A stretch of 64,000 bases of DNA from a virus: IMG/VR virus record IMGVR_UViG_3300001450_000028, positions 1 through 64,000 of that record; one strand, written 5' to 3'. Numbering within the stretch: the stretch's first letter is position 1; every line of letters starts with the position of its first letter. Both the position numbers and the translations under genes were made by a program. Below the pieces are notes generated by a model. The model made no database searches. It had not been told where the DNA came from and was given only the letters and a program-made list of their open reading frames with translations. Below are positions 1-9,942 of the stretch, piece after piece.

Positions 1-264
1 ACACATGTATCAGACATTGTTGAAGCAAATATGAAGGCAATTACTGCAGATCCACTTAATACACATGGGCACAAGATATACAATGTTGGGACAGGTAAAA
101 ATTACTCTATCAAAGAAGTCGCAAATATGATTGGTGGCCCAATTAGAAAAATAGATGACCGCCCGGCCGAAGTAAATCAAACTTTAGCTGACATAACAGA
201 AACTATACAGGATTTAGGTTGGACACCAAGATTTAATCTAGAAGACATGATAAATTCCTATTAA
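1..264 (+). CDS. NAD-dependent epimerase/dehydratase (UDP-glucose 4-epimerase-like), C-terminal fragment; truncated by window start
   Basis: Frame 1 is open from base 1: THVSDIVEAN...IYNVGTGKNYSIKEVA...RPAEV..TLADI....LGWTP. These are typical C-terminal motifs of extended SDR sugar epimerases. Confidence 0.85.
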   Translation, partial: THVSDIVEANMKAITADPLNTHGHKIYNVGTGKNYSIKEVANMIGGPIRKIDDRPAEVNQTLADITETIQDLGWTPRFNLEDMINSY

Positions 265-292
265 TGTAAAAATGTAAAAAATATTATATGAT
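265..292 (+). promoter_or_regulatory. Putative sigma70-type early/middle promoter (TGTAAA-N16-TATGAT)
   Basis: tgtaaa at 265-270, tatgat at 287-292, AGGAG RBS at 301-305 before ATG 311. The same architecture occurs at 38472-38500. Confidence 0.45.
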
Positions 293-310
293 TTATGTGC
301 AGGAGTTTTT

Positions 311-1144
311 ATGAGTAATTTTCCAACAGCCAAACCGCACGTATCATTTTCAGAAGTCAAGCACTGGAAAGAATGTCCTTATAGACACAAGTTGATTTAT
401 ATCGACAAAATAGATATGCACAAACCATCACCGTACTTGGACTTCGGAACAGCTGTTCACGAAGGCTGTGAAAACTTACTTGAAGGAAACAGTGTAGATA
501 AAAACAAGTTACTATCTGACATTAGAACAGCTTGGAAAAAATATGATTTTGATAACCCTGAATGGGTAGCAAGTCAACCTGACTGGTATAAAAAGCAGTA
601 TGCACCGCTAGAAGAGTGGTGTAAATGGGCTGAAAATATGTGGGATGAAGTTGTTCCTTTCTTAGATGAAGAGTTTCCAGGGTGGTCAGTTCATGAAGCA
701 GAAGAAGAGCTGTACGAACCAATTCAGAATAAAGATCTTTCTTTCAAGGGTTTTATTGACGGTGTGATCAAAGTACCTAAAAAGAGAGGCAAAGGCTACG
801 AATACTGGATAATTGACTGGAAGACTGCAGGCAAAGGAGGCTGGAACCCTTACAAAAAGCGTGACTTTTTAATGCAGCTTCAGCTTGTTTTATATAAGTT
901 TTACTGGGCTGAAAAACACTCTATCCCGCACAATGAAATAAAATGTGCCTTTGTAACCCTAGGTAGAGGAGCAAAAAAAGGAAAAGTTTGTCAACTTGTA
1001 AAAGTGTCAGCTGGCCCTAAGACACTCGCCAAGGGCGTCAAAATACTTAATAGTATGATTTCAAGTGTTAGAAAAAAGATGTTTTTAAAAAATAGAAACT
1101 CTTGCAAATATTGTCCTTATTTTGAAACAGAACATTGCAGATGA
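311..1144 (+). CDS. PD-(D/E)XK nuclease, Cas4/RecB/AddB-like exonuclease with 4-Cys Fe-S staple
   Basis: N-terminal SFS...ECP, GTAVH, FKGFID...IIDWKT catalytic motif, QLxLY, and C-terminal CKYCPYFETEHC. Confidence 0.85.
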   Translation: MSNFPTAKPHVSFSEVKHWKECPYRHKLIYIDKIDMHKPSPYLDFGTAVHEGCENLLEGNSVDKNKLLSDIRTAWKKYDFDNPEWVASQPDWYKKQYAPLEEWCKWAENMWDEVVPFLDEEFPGWSVHEAEEELYEPIQNKDLSFKGFIDGVIKVPKKRGKGYEYWIIDWKTAGKGGWNPYKKRDFLMQLQLVLYKFYWAEKHSIPHNEIKCAFVTLGRGAKKGKVCQLVKVSAGPKTLAKGVKILNSMISSVRKKMFLKNRNSCKYCPYFETEHCR

Positions 1145-1174
1145 TTTAACCTAAAATTATTTTTGTGTTATAAT
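1145..1174 (+). promoter_or_regulatory. Putative sigma70-type promoter (extended -10 TGnTATAAT)
   Basis: tgttataat at 1166-1174, followed by a GAGG RBS before ATG 1191. Confidence 0.4.
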
Positions 1175-1190
1175 AATTTTTGAGGTATTC

Positions 1191-2444
1191 ATGAATAAGA
1201 AAAAGTTTAAAGTTCTTGTTCTTTCTGATCACGCATTATCAACTAGTGGTGTTGGAACGCAAACAAGACATTTAATTAATGGACTATTGAAGAAAGGCTG
1301 TTGGTCGTTTAGACAGTTTGGCGCAGCAATTAAGCACACTAATTACGACACAGTCGTTGTCAATGAAGATTTTATTATCAAACCTATTGACGGTTTTGGT
1401 AATCCAGACTTAATAAGGGTGACTTTAGCAACAGAGAAACCTGACTTAGTTTTTATCTTTACTGACCCTAGATTTTTTACTTGGCTTTTTGATATTGAAG
1501 ATGAGATTCATCAAGTTTGTCCAATTGTATGGTGGCATGTTTGGGACAATTACCCGTATCCTAAGTTCAACAACCAATATTATGCAGCAACAGATACCAT
1601 AAATTGCCATTCTCACATGACGTACACAATGATTAGTGAAGAAGGCACACACGCAGAAAAGACAAACTTTATTCCTCACGCAATACCTGGTGATATATTT
1701 CATCCTATTTCTAGTGAACTTCGAAAAGAAAATAAAGTTGCACTTTTTGGTGAGTCTAAAAAAGACGCGTTTGTAGGTATGTGGGTAAATAGAAATGCTA
1801 AAAGAAAAAGACCCAATGACATACTTTTAACATGGAGTATATTTCTTAAAAATCTTGAGAAAGAAAAAGGTCACAGAAATGCAATTTTAATAATGCATAC
1901 AGAGCCTACAGACTCAGAAGGACCTAATCTATTTGAGACATCAAAAGAACTAGGGTTAGAAGACACTGTATTCTTTTCAAGGGAAAGAATTGACTTTGAT
2001 AAGATGAATATTCTATACAATATAAGTGATTTTTGTATTACGATGTCCTACGCAGAAGGGTTTGGTCTGTCAACTTTAGAATCAATGATGACAGGTACAC
2101 CTATAATTTCGCCTACAACAGGCGGTCTAACACGACAAGTTGTAGACTTCAGAGATCAAACAGAAAATGGTGTTGCTATGCCTGTAGAACTTAAGACTCT
2201 TGTGGGTAGTCAAGGAGTTCCTTACATATATGAAGATTATGTAAGTTGTGATACAGCTGCAGAAGCAATTATGAAGATAAATAACTTAAGCAAGTATGAA
2301 AAAGAACTACTAGATGAGAAAGTTTTAAATTATTCAAAAGAAGCATTTAATTATCAAACTACTGTAGACTTGTGGCATAAAAGCATGATAGACACTATTG
2401 AAAACTTTAAAAATTACAAAACATGGGAAAAATTCACTTTTTGA
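1191..2444 (+). CDS. Glycosyltransferase, GT4/GT-B fold
   Basis: SGVGTQ N-terminal loop, NRNAKRKR, and the EGFGLSTLESMMTGTPII GT4 signature (E-x7-E). Confidence 0.9.
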   Translation: MNKKKFKVLVLSDHALSTSGVGTQTRHLINGLLKKGCWSFRQFGAAIKHTNYDTVVVNEDFIIKPIDGFGNPDLIRVTLATEKPDLVFIFTDPRFFTWLFDIEDEIHQVCPIVWWHVWDNYPYPKFNNQYYAATDTINCHSHMTYTMISEEGTHAEKTNFIPHAIPGDIFHPISSELRKENKVALFGESKKDAFVGMWVNRNAKRKRPNDILLTWSIFLKNLEKEKGHRNAILIMHTEPTDSEGPNLFETSKELGLEDTVFFSRERIDFDKMNILYNISDFCITMSYAEGFGLSTLESMMTGTPIISPTTGGLTRQVVDFRDQTENGVAMPVELKTLVGSQGVPYIYEDYVSCDTAAEAIMKINNLSKYEKELLDEKVLNYSKEAFNYQTTVDLWHKSMIDTIENFKNYKTWEKFTF

Positions 2445-2451
2445 GGAATAA

Positions 2452-3627
2452 ATGAAAAATATACTTTTAAGAGCACCTTTGCTTACAAATAGCGGCTATG
2501 GTGTACATTCTAGACAGCTTTTTGAGTGGTTAAGTGAAAAAAAAGATGTATCGCTGCATGTAGAGTGCTTAAAGTGGGGATTGACTTCTTGGGTCGTCAA
2601 CGGAAGCACAGAAGGTGGCTTATTTAACAGAATAATGTCTTGTTCAGCAGAGTTAAGAAAAAAATATGACATAACCTACCAAGTTCAATTACCTGATGAG
2701 TGGGATGAAAGCTTAGGAAGCTTTAATGTAGGTGTAACTGCTCTCGTAGAAACTGATAAGTGCAATCCTGCCTGGCTAGAAAAAATCAATGCCATGGATC
2801 AAGTAATCGTACCTTCTAATTTTACTAAAAAGATAATAGAAGATACTTTTGGAAATAAATTAAATAAAAGTATATATGTTGTTCCTGAGTGGTATAACCA
2901 AAATATAAACTTACAAAAAAATCAACTTTCAAAACTTCGTGATGACAGATTTGAATTTGATACTAGTTTTAATTTATTGACTGTTGGTACTCTAACCTCT
3001 GGCGACACTAGTTGTGATAGAAAAAATCTAGTAAATACAATTGCATGGGCACTTGAAGCTTTTGATGGAAATCCTGACGTCGGAATAGTTGTCAAGACGT
3101 GCTTAGGTAAAAGCTCAATTAGTGACAGAGAAATGACATGTAATGTAATACAGCAGATAACAAACGCATTCAGAGCTTCTAGTTTTCCTAAAATTCATTT
3201 AATACATGGCAATATGTCTTCAGAAGAAGTAGCTGCACTATTTAGATCTAAAAACATACATGGCTACATAACTGCAACCAGGGGTGAAGGTTATGGTCTG
3301 CCGTTAGTAGACGCAGCTGCATCTGGAATACCAGTTGTTGCAACAAATTGGTCAGGCCACTTGGACTTTTTAAATGATAAATTTTTAAAAGTTGACTACT
3401 CTCTTGTAGAAATCCCAAGCGAAAGAATAGACGGAAGAATATTTACCAAAGATACAAGGTGGGCTGAACCTGACAAGAACAGCTTTATAGAGCAGGTCAA
3501 GTATCTTAAAGAAAATTATAAAAAATGTTTAGATACATCTGCAAGTCTAAGAAAAAATATTAAAAAGAAGCTTACCAAACAAAAAGTATGTAAAAACTAT
3601 GAAAAATTATTTAAAGAGATTATTTAG
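2452..3627 (+). CDS. Glycosyltransferase, GT4/GT-B fold
   Basis: SGYGVHSR, VIVPSNF, DRKN, and the RGEGYGLPLVDAAASGIPVVATNWSGHLDF GT4 signature. Confidence 0.9.
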   Translation: MKNILLRAPLLTNSGYGVHSRQLFEWLSEKKDVSLHVECLKWGLTSWVVNGSTEGGLFNRIMSCSAELRKKYDITYQVQLPDEWDESLGSFNVGVTALVETDKCNPAWLEKINAMDQVIVPSNFTKKIIEDTFGNKLNKSIYVVPEWYNQNINLQKNQLSKLRDDRFEFDTSFNLLTVGTLTSGDTSCDRKNLVNTIAWALEAFDGNPDVGIVVKTCLGKSSISDREMTCNVIQQITNAFRASSFPKIHLIHGNMSSEEVAALFRSKNIHGYITATRGEGYGLPLVDAAASGIPVVATNWSGHLDFLNDKFLKVDYSLVEIPSERIDGRIFTKDTRWAEPDKNSFIEQVKYLKENYKKCLDTSASLRKNIKKKLTKQKVCKNYEKLFKEII

Positions 3628-3629
3628 AT

Positions 3630-3941
3630 ATGGTTATAGAGTATATACTTATATCTTGTGTTCTATTGCTTTTGATTCTGCTCACTTTTGTTTCTTACAA
3701 GCTTTTTAAATTTTCAATGATAATTATAGAATTTGAAGACAATATTGAAGAATGTCTAGATTTATTAGACAAAAAATATTCTTCAATATCTGAAGTTCTT
3801 GAAATTCCTGTTTTTTTTGATTCTATTGAAGTTAGAAAAGTAATAAATGATATAAATGCTTGCAAAGATTCCTTGGTTGTAGTAGCTAATAAACTTACAA
3901 AAAATACAAGGAGTGAAATTGAACTTAAAGAAAAAAATTAG
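3630..3941 (+). CDS. Hypothetical protein with N-terminal transmembrane helix
   Basis: Hydrophobic N-terminus ILISCVLLLLILLTFV; sits in the operon. Confidence 0.65.
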   Translation: MVIEYILISCVLLLLILLTFVSYKLFKFSMIIIEFEDNIEECLDLLDKKYSSISEVLEIPVFFDSIEVRKVINDINACKDSLVVVANKLTKNTRSEIELKEKN

Positions 3942-4644
3942 AAGAAAAAGCAAGAAACCTTACTTTGGAAAACATGTTCATGAATCTGTTGTTGACTTTC
4001 AAGAAACTAAATGTCAAGAAGAGCGACACGAAATATATGAGGTTCATATAAGAAATGCTTTTGAGAAGCTGTCAGAAAACCTAATATATATTTATGGTTT
4101 TAGCAGAGATGCAGAGCATTTTAAAATACTTAAATCAGACTGCGTTTCATTTTTGTATGAAACGCTTGAAAAGTTTGATGCAAGTAAAGGGAGTAAAGCA
4201 TTTTCTTATTTTAATGTTTGTGCCAAAAATCACTTACTTGCAAAAGCTAAGAAAACTCAAAAAAGAAAAATAAGAAATATATCTTTGAGCGATATAACAA
4301 CTATGAGTAGAGTTGAAAAAACTATGGTAGAAAGCCATAGTGTAATTCCGTCACCCGATGATCTATTCATTAGAACAGAAGACAAAGAAATTCTTAAAGA
4401 AATGCTTCAAAAAATAAGAGTCAAAGTATCAAATGAAAATGAAAAAGTCTGCATATCAGCAATCATTACTCTTTTTGACAATATTGAAGAACTAGAGTTT
4501 CTTAACAAGCGCGCAGTTTTTGTCTATCTAAGAGAAATATCTGGATTAAATCCAAAACAGTTAAGTGTAGCACTTTCAAGCATAAGAAAACACTACAGGG
4601 AGATAGTTAAATCGGACGACTTGTTTATGCTTTTTGGATCTTAA
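3913..4644 (+). CDS. Phage RNA polymerase sigma factor, T4 gp55-like (late transcription)
   Basis: Region-2-like segment SDCVSFLYETLEKFDASKGSKAFSYFNVCAKN resembles the gp55 'FDP.K..NPFAYFT' motif. C-terminal HTH-like LREISGL. The start may instead be TTG at 3919. Confidence 0.7.
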   Translation: MKLNLKKKIRRKSKKPYFGKHVHESVVDFQETKCQEERHEIYEVHIRNAFEKLSENLIYIYGFSRDAEHFKILKSDCVSFLYETLEKFDASKGSKAFSYFNVCAKNHLLAKAKKTQKRKIRNISLSDITTMSRVEKTMVESHSVIPSPDDLFIRTEDKEILKEMLQKIRVKVSNENEKVCISAIITLFDNIEELEFLNKRAVFVYLREISGLNPKQLSVALSSIRKHYREIVKSDDLFMLFGS

Positions 4645-4645
4645 A

Positions 4646-4981
4646 ATGAATAAAAAAACAACTGAGGATAAAATAAAAGACTTTTCAGACCTTCTTGACT
4701 CTTTAGAAAGTACAGAAGACAAAAAGAAGCTATTGTGGAAAGATGCCTATAAAAATGCATTAGATGATAGAGAAACTGCTTCAATACTAGTTGACGATCT
4801 TTTACTCAACATACAAGGTAATTTAAGTAACCATCAACAATTTGGCACGCTAATGACAAAATACCTTGAAAGAATGTCAAAGTCTAATGATCAAATTTTA
4901 AAGCTTGCTGAATTAATATCAAAAGAAGATACTGAAAATACAATATCAGCTGATGATATTTTTGAGGAAATTCAACAATGA
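4646..4981 (+). CDS. Hypothetical helical protein
   Basis: ORF coupled to its neighbours; ATG 4646 chosen over TTG 4634; overlaps the next gene by ATGA. Confidence 0.6.
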   Translation: MNKKTTEDKIKDFSDLLDSLESTEDKKKLLWKDAYKNALDDRETASILVDDLLLNIQGNLSNHQQFGTLMTKYLERMSKSNDQILKLAELISKEDTENTISADDIFEEIQQ

Positions 4982-6594
4982 GCATTAGAAGAAGACTTTT
5001 CAATAGAGGCGATGTGTCTGAAGATGACAAGCCTCAAGTAAGCGAAAGTCAAATCAAAGGAAACGTTTTTTTAAAAGCTGTTGTAAGAGAAGTAATATCT
5101 AATCCGATAGACTATTTTTCTAGAAATGTAATAGATGATGAGGGTAATGAAGTATCTGATGTAACAGTTGAAGATGTTGAAACAACAGCTGTAAGAGGCA
5201 ATCAAAATATTTCTAAAAAGTTTGCAAATAGCGAGGCTGTTTCATTTGTTGTTCAAAATTCTATATCTGCTACGCTAGTAAAAGATTTTAAAAATACCGG
5301 ATCTAATCCTTCTGCATATCTTTGTATGCCTTTTTTCCCTCAACATTTATCGCTACCTGTAAAACCAGGTGAATATGTATGGGTTTATAGAGCTGCTGAT
5401 GGAGTATATTACTGGCTTTGTAGAATATCAACAGTTAGGCAGGTAGATGATGTAAATTTTACTCACTTACCTAGAAGTGGAGTTGTAGAAAAAAATCATA
5501 AAAAAACACAAGACCAAAGCTTATTTTACAACTTTTCTCCTGTTCATGGGTTTGCAGGCGCACCTGGAAAGCTATTTGACAATATAGCTAAAAATTCTAT
5601 TGCGTATAGGGAAGAATTCACAGGCGAAGTTGTACCAAGAATGGTAAAAGACTGTAGTGACTTACTTATCCAGGGTTCTAATAACGCTCATATTCTTTTA
5701 GGCAAAGAAAAATTTGAGGATGCATCTACTACAGTAGCGCCTGAAGAAATGACGCCTCACGAAAATAGTGATGTAAACGAAAATAGAAAGCCTCTTTCTC
5801 CTGCCATTGATATATGTGTACTAAGAAAAGCAAGAGAACTTTTTGATTTAAAAAATAACATAGCCTCAGACAAAAGCAGTGTTATAGCTGAAACCTTTGA
5901 AGGTGAAGCTCATTCAGGTGAAGGTTCAGGGCTGTCTGCTGCAGCCGGCAGAGGTACAAAAGAAAGGGCAGGTTTAAGGTATTTTGAATTAGAAAAAGCA
6001 AGAGAGTCCTTAGAAGCCACAGTTGCTAAAGAAATATTTACTCAAGAATTTATTGACTCTGACATTTATAATTGCATTGCTAGAATTTATATGACCAATG
6101 CAAGTACAATCGATGATCTTCTTTTTATTCCTGACATTGAAGGCGAAAATTCCTCATCACCCCAGGATGTTTTAGGATTAGGAAACTACGGAGCGATGGT
6201 TGCGCTAGGTGCGAATACACGCATAGTCGGGACTGAGACAGTTAAGATACAGAATATTGTAGGTTCTAGTGGTATACAATTTACACCCGCAGGAGACGTT
6301 ATTATACACGGCAACAGAGCAGGTGGTGCAAAAATTGTTCTAGAGGCAGAAGGAGATATTAGAATTGTGCCCGGCGACGCAGGCATAGTAAAGATTGGCG
6401 CATCAGAAACAAATGAAGATTTTATGTTTGTTCCTGTTGGTGCAAGCCTAGACTTTACAACACCAAGTACTGACTCGGGATACGTTGGAAATACTGAGCA
6501 AATTATGACAACAGCAGGAGGACTATTAGCAGCCCCAGATCCCTTGGGACCTCATGGTACGCCAGTTTATTCAACAAAAGTAAAATTATATTGA
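4978..6594 (+). CDS. Baseplate hub/central spike protein (gp5/gpV-like), no lysozyme domain evident
   Basis: PFFPQHLSLPVKPGEYVWV (OB-fold 'P..GE.V.V'), DLLIQGSNNAHILLG, and C-terminal beta-helix-like repeats (GIQFTPAGDVIIHG, KIVLEAEGDIRIVPG). Lies upstream of gp25/gp6. Confidence 0.6.
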   Translation: MSIRRRLFNRGDVSEDDKPQVSESQIKGNVFLKAVVREVISNPIDYFSRNVIDDEGNEVSDVTVEDVETTAVRGNQNISKKFANSEAVSFVVQNSISATLVKDFKNTGSNPSAYLCMPFFPQHLSLPVKPGEYVWVYRAADGVYYWLCRISTVRQVDDVNFTHLPRSGVVEKNHKKTQDQSLFYNFSPVHGFAGAPGKLFDNIAKNSIAYREEFTGEVVPRMVKDCSDLLIQGSNNAHILLGKEKFEDASTTVAPEEMTPHENSDVNENRKPLSPAIDICVLRKARELFDLKNNIASDKSSVIAETFEGEAHSGEGSGLSAAAGRGTKERAGLRYFELEKARESLEATVAKEIFTQEFIDSDIYNCIARIYMTNASTIDDLLFIPDIEGENSSSPQDVLGLGNYGAMVALGANTRIVGTETVKIQNIVGSSGIQFTPAGDVIIHGNRAGGAKIVLEAEGDIRIVPGDAGIVKIGASETNEDFMFVPVGASLDFTTPSTDSGYVGNTEQIMTTAGGLLAAPDPLGPHGTPVYSTKVKLY

Positions 6595-6601
6595 GGATTA
6601 T

Positions 6602-7540
6602 ATGGGAACTCTTTTAAACTTTCTACCGGATGATGATGCTGAATTAGAAGCAAGTTTTAAGCTTAGCACACAAGATACCTTAGAAAACGGAATACCTGAG
6701 ATTGTTGGTATCCCTATAGGTCCGGAACTGCCTATGACGGAGTATGCAGGAGCCCAGGCCAGTGCTATTAAAGATGCAGAAGATATGGGCATTTTTTCAA
6801 AAGCATACGCACAGACAATAAAAGCAATAGACAAGGCACTACCACCGGGAATACTTTCTCCTCCTATTTTTGACCCTACTTTTGTTATAGATATTGATCC
6901 ATTTTTTGAATTTTTAATATCAGTAGGCATAGAAAATCCACTAGAGTGGTTTACAGAAAACTATCCACAAGTTTTAGAAATTGACCCGATAGCAATAACT
7001 GATATGGCACAGTGCAAAAATCAAAAGTTTGCTGAAGAAATGAATAAAATAGATTCTTCAATTAACGTCGACGAAGCTAAAGAAGCTGCAGAAAAAATTT
7101 GTGGCTTTACCATGCCTAGTTTTGCACTACCTGTCTTTGACTTTGAAATGCCTGATTTTGGGCTACCTGATCTTTTACCCATAGAACTGTTTGCCTTTCC
7201 TAATTTTCAAATACCGCAAATTAATTGGGCAATAAACTTTACTCTTTTAGAGCTTATTGAAATAATCAAAGCTTTATTGACTAAGATAGGAGACTTAATT
7301 TTAGCAATTATTCAAGGGGTAGTAGCGCTTATAAAGTTTATTGTTGAGTTTATTATTCAATCTTTGTTTGCATTAATATTGCCACTGTTAGGCCCACTAG
7401 GTGAGGCAATACTCTTTATGGCAAATCTAGTAACTTTTCTGTTTAAAGTTATTGCTGCATTCATTGTTGCACTTGTCGGCCATATAATTGGTGACGGATT
7501 AGTAACAGTGTTAGTCGCTTCTATGCTCGGTTTAGCATAA
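6602..7540 (+). CDS. Hypothetical baseplate-associated protein with Pro-rich linker and long hydrophobic C-terminus
   Basis: GAGG RBS; FxxP-like repeats, then about 100 strongly hydrophobic C-terminal residues. Confidence 0.6.
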   Translation: MGTLLNFLPDDDAELEASFKLSTQDTLENGIPEIVGIPIGPELPMTEYAGAQASAIKDAEDMGIFSKAYAQTIKAIDKALPPGILSPPIFDPTFVIDIDPFFEFLISVGIENPLEWFTENYPQVLEIDPIAITDMAQCKNQKFAEEMNKIDSSINVDEAKEAAEKICGFTMPSFALPVFDFEMPDFGLPDLLPIELFAFPNFQIPQINWAINFTLLELIEIIKALLTKIGDLILAIIQGVVALIKFIVEFIIQSLFALILPLLGPLGEAILFMANLVTFLFKVIAAFIVALVGHIIGDGLVTVLVASMLGLA

Positions 7541-7576
7541 GATGCGGTAAATTCGAATAATATTTTTTTTTAAAGC

Positions 7577-7583
7577 ATAATTA
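7577..7583 (+). promoter_or_regulatory. Putative late promoter ATAnTTA (ATAATTA)
   Basis: Motif recurs about 20-45 nt upstream of many structural genes; here it precedes GGAGG and TTG 7601. Confidence 0.5.
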
Positions 7584-7600
7584 CTACCGGAGGTATAGTT

Positions 7601-8098
7601 TTGGCATCATTTAGTTTTAAAAGCTCCGGAACGAGAGTAGACGATAGCGTCAATAATAAAGACAAAGAGTTGTCCTTAAATAATCAAACGGTAGGAATTA
7701 AAACTCCTTTGACAAACTTTAGGGGCAACCAGATATTTGATATGCATAATGATTTTATAGATCAAATAAAGGATAATTTAAGAAACTTGCTACTTACAAA
7801 CAGAGGCGAAAGATTAGGTCTTTATAACTTTGGAACAAACCTTTCGGAGCTTGTATTTGAGTATCAAAACAGAAAAGACTTTACTCAAGAAATAACTAAA
7901 AGAATTATAGAGAGTACAAAAATATACATACCCGCTATTGAAATTGACAATATTGAAGTAATAAAAACAGAAAAAAGTAATAAATTTGAACTTAACAAAA
8001 GAGGTCTTGCAGGAGTCAACTTAAGAGTAGATTTTAGCATTCCAGTTGCAAGAGTTACAAATCAAAGCATTGCTGTAGAATTAAATCCTGGAGGTTAA
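7601..8098 (+). CDS. gp25: Baseplate wedge / sheath initiator, T4 gp25-like
   Basis: DQIKDNLRNLLLTNRGER....NFGTNL..LVFE is the GPW/gp25 family signature; GGAGG RBS with TTG start. Confidence 0.85.
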   Translation: MASFSFKSSGTRVDDSVNNKDKELSLNNQTVGIKTPLTNFRGNQIFDMHNDFIDQIKDNLRNLLLTNRGERLGLYNFGTNLSELVFEYQNRKDFTQEITKRIIESTKIYIPAIEIDNIEVIKTEKSNKFELNKRGLAGVNLRVDFSIPVARVTNQSIAVELNPGG

Positions 8099-8100
8099 AA

Positions 8101-9942
8101 GTGGCAAGAAATATTAAAAAAGAAATCAATACACAAAAAGATGTTTCGTATACAAATAAAGACTTTGAAAGTCTTAGAACAGACCTCAAAAGATTTGCTA
8201 CAACTCACTTTGGTGATTTAGTTAAAGATACTAGTGACGCTTCCCTAGCAGGTCTGCTTATTGACTTAGCAGCGTATGTAGGTGATGTCAATTCTTACTA
8301 CATAGATCACCAATTTAATGAAAGCTCGCTTGAAACTGCTGTAGAACAAAAAAATCTAGAAAGAAAAATAAGAGAAGCTGGTGTAGAAATATCTGGAAAG
8401 TCTCCTGCAATAGGTTTTGTTGATATAACTGTAACAATACCTGCTTCACTATCTGGCGGCGAATATTCTCCAAATAAAGACTATCTTCCAAAAATAAAAA
8501 AAGAAACAATTTTTGGATCAAGCTCAGGTGTGGATTTTTATCTCCTAGAAGATGTTGATTTTGCAGAAGAAGACTCAGCAGGTAATCTTATTGCATCTTT
8601 TGAAATAAGCAGAGTTTCTAACGGAATTCCTCTAGAATTCTTGTTAAAAAAACAAGGAGTAGTTACTAGTTCAAAACTATCCCAAGAAACATTCAATATA
8701 TCTTCAACGTTTCAACCTTTTAGATTAATAACAGTCAAGCAAAACAATGTAAATGAAATAGTAAGAGTTGTAGACTCTGACGGTGATGACTATTATGAGG
8801 TGGAATCACTTACGCAAAGTACTGTATTTAAAAGATCAGTAAACTCTAGAAAAGACAAAGAGTACGCGCCAGAAAGAATACAGCTTATTCATGCCCCAAA
8901 AAGATTTATAAAGATCAGGAATGGCTCAGGAAACGTATCCCTTCAGTTCGGCTCAGGAAACGAGCTAAATTTTGACGAAGACATCATACCAGACCCATCT
9001 GATCATGCTATTAAGCTTTTTGGAGATAGAAAAACATTAAACAAGATCACGATCGATCCAAATTCTTTCTTAGGTACACAAACTTTAGGAATTAGTCCTA
9101 GAGCTACAACACTGACCGTGACTGTACGATCAGGAGGAGGACTTAATCACAATGTGTCAGCTAGACAAATTACTTCTGTAAAGACACTAATTACTGACTT
9201 TGGGGTAAATACTCCTACATCTATTGCTTCAAAGATAAGAGCCTCTACTATTGTTATTAATCCTAGCCCTTGCTTGGGTGGAGAAGATGAACCTAGCCTA
9301 GAGTCACTAAGACAGATAGCATTATTAAATAGAAACTCACAAAACAGAATTGTAACAAGAGAAGATTTAATTGCTAGAGTCTACTCAATGCCTGCAAAAT
9401 TTGGTAGAGTTTTTAGAGCTTCTGTTAGAGATAATCCTAATAATCCTCAAGCAGCACAACTCTACATAATGTCAAGGGACAGAAATAGTAAATTAATAAT
9501 TTCTCCTGATACACTTAAAGAAAGTCTTTCTTCTTATTTATCACAGTTTAGATTAGTATCAGATGCAATTGACATACTAGACGCATCAATAGTAAATATA
9601 GGTCTTAACTTCACAGTAACTATTGATCCAGAAGCAATCGCCTCTGTTGTTATAGCAGCAATTAATTCAAAAATATCTAGCTATCTTTCAATTGGTAACT
9701 ACCAGATAGATCAGCCAATAAAAATAGGAGAAATTGAAAACTTAATAATGAATACCCCAGATGTAGATGCAATAATGAGTCTGTCTTTTACAAACAAAAC
9801 AGGAACAGAAGGCGGAAGAATATACTCTAATTACTTTTACGATCCTCAAAGACACATAGATAGAGGATACTTATTCCCACCAAGAGGCGGAATATTTGAA
9901 ATGAAATACCCTAATTTTGATATAATAGGCAGGATTTCTTAA
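8101..9942 (+). CDS. gp6: Baseplate wedge protein, T4 gp6 / baseplate J-like
   Basis: KDFESLRTDL, LLIDLAAYVGDVNSYYID.QFNES.LETA, GGEDE, and QNRIVTRED motifs of the gp6/BppJ family. Confidence 0.88.
   Translation: MARNIKKEINTQKDVSYTNKDFESLRTDLKRFATTHFGDLVKDTSDASLAGLLIDLAAYVGDVNSYYIDHQFNESSLETAVEQKNLERKIREAGVEISGKSPAIGFVDITVTIPASLSGGEYSPNKDYLPKIKKETIFGSSSGVDFYLLEDVDFAEEDSAGNLIASFEISRVSNGIPLEFLLKKQGVVTSSKLSQETFNISSTFQPFRLITVKQNNVNEIVRVVDSDGDDYYEVESLTQSTVFKRSVNSRKDKEYAPERIQLIHAPKRFIKIRNGSGNVSLQFGSGNELNFDEDIIPDPSDHAIKLFGDRKTLNKITIDPNSFLGTQTLGISPRATTLTVTVRSGGGLNHNVSARQITSVKTLITDFGVNTPTSIASKIRASTIVINPSPCLGGEDEPSLESLRQIALLNRNSQNRIVTREDLIARVYSMPAKFGRVFRASVRDNPNNPQAAQLYIMSRDRNSKLIISPDTLKESLSSYLSQFRLVSDAIDILDASIVNIGLNFTVTIDPEAIASVVIAAINSKISSYLSIGNYQIDQPIKIGEIENLIMNTPDVDAIMSLSFTNKTGTEGGRIYSNYFYDPQRHIDRGYLFPPRGGIFEMKYPNFDIIGRIS

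Noticed and set aside
311-1144. CRISPR-Cas locus suggested by the Cas4-like gene
   Set aside because: No repeat-spacer array or other cas genes are visible in the window.
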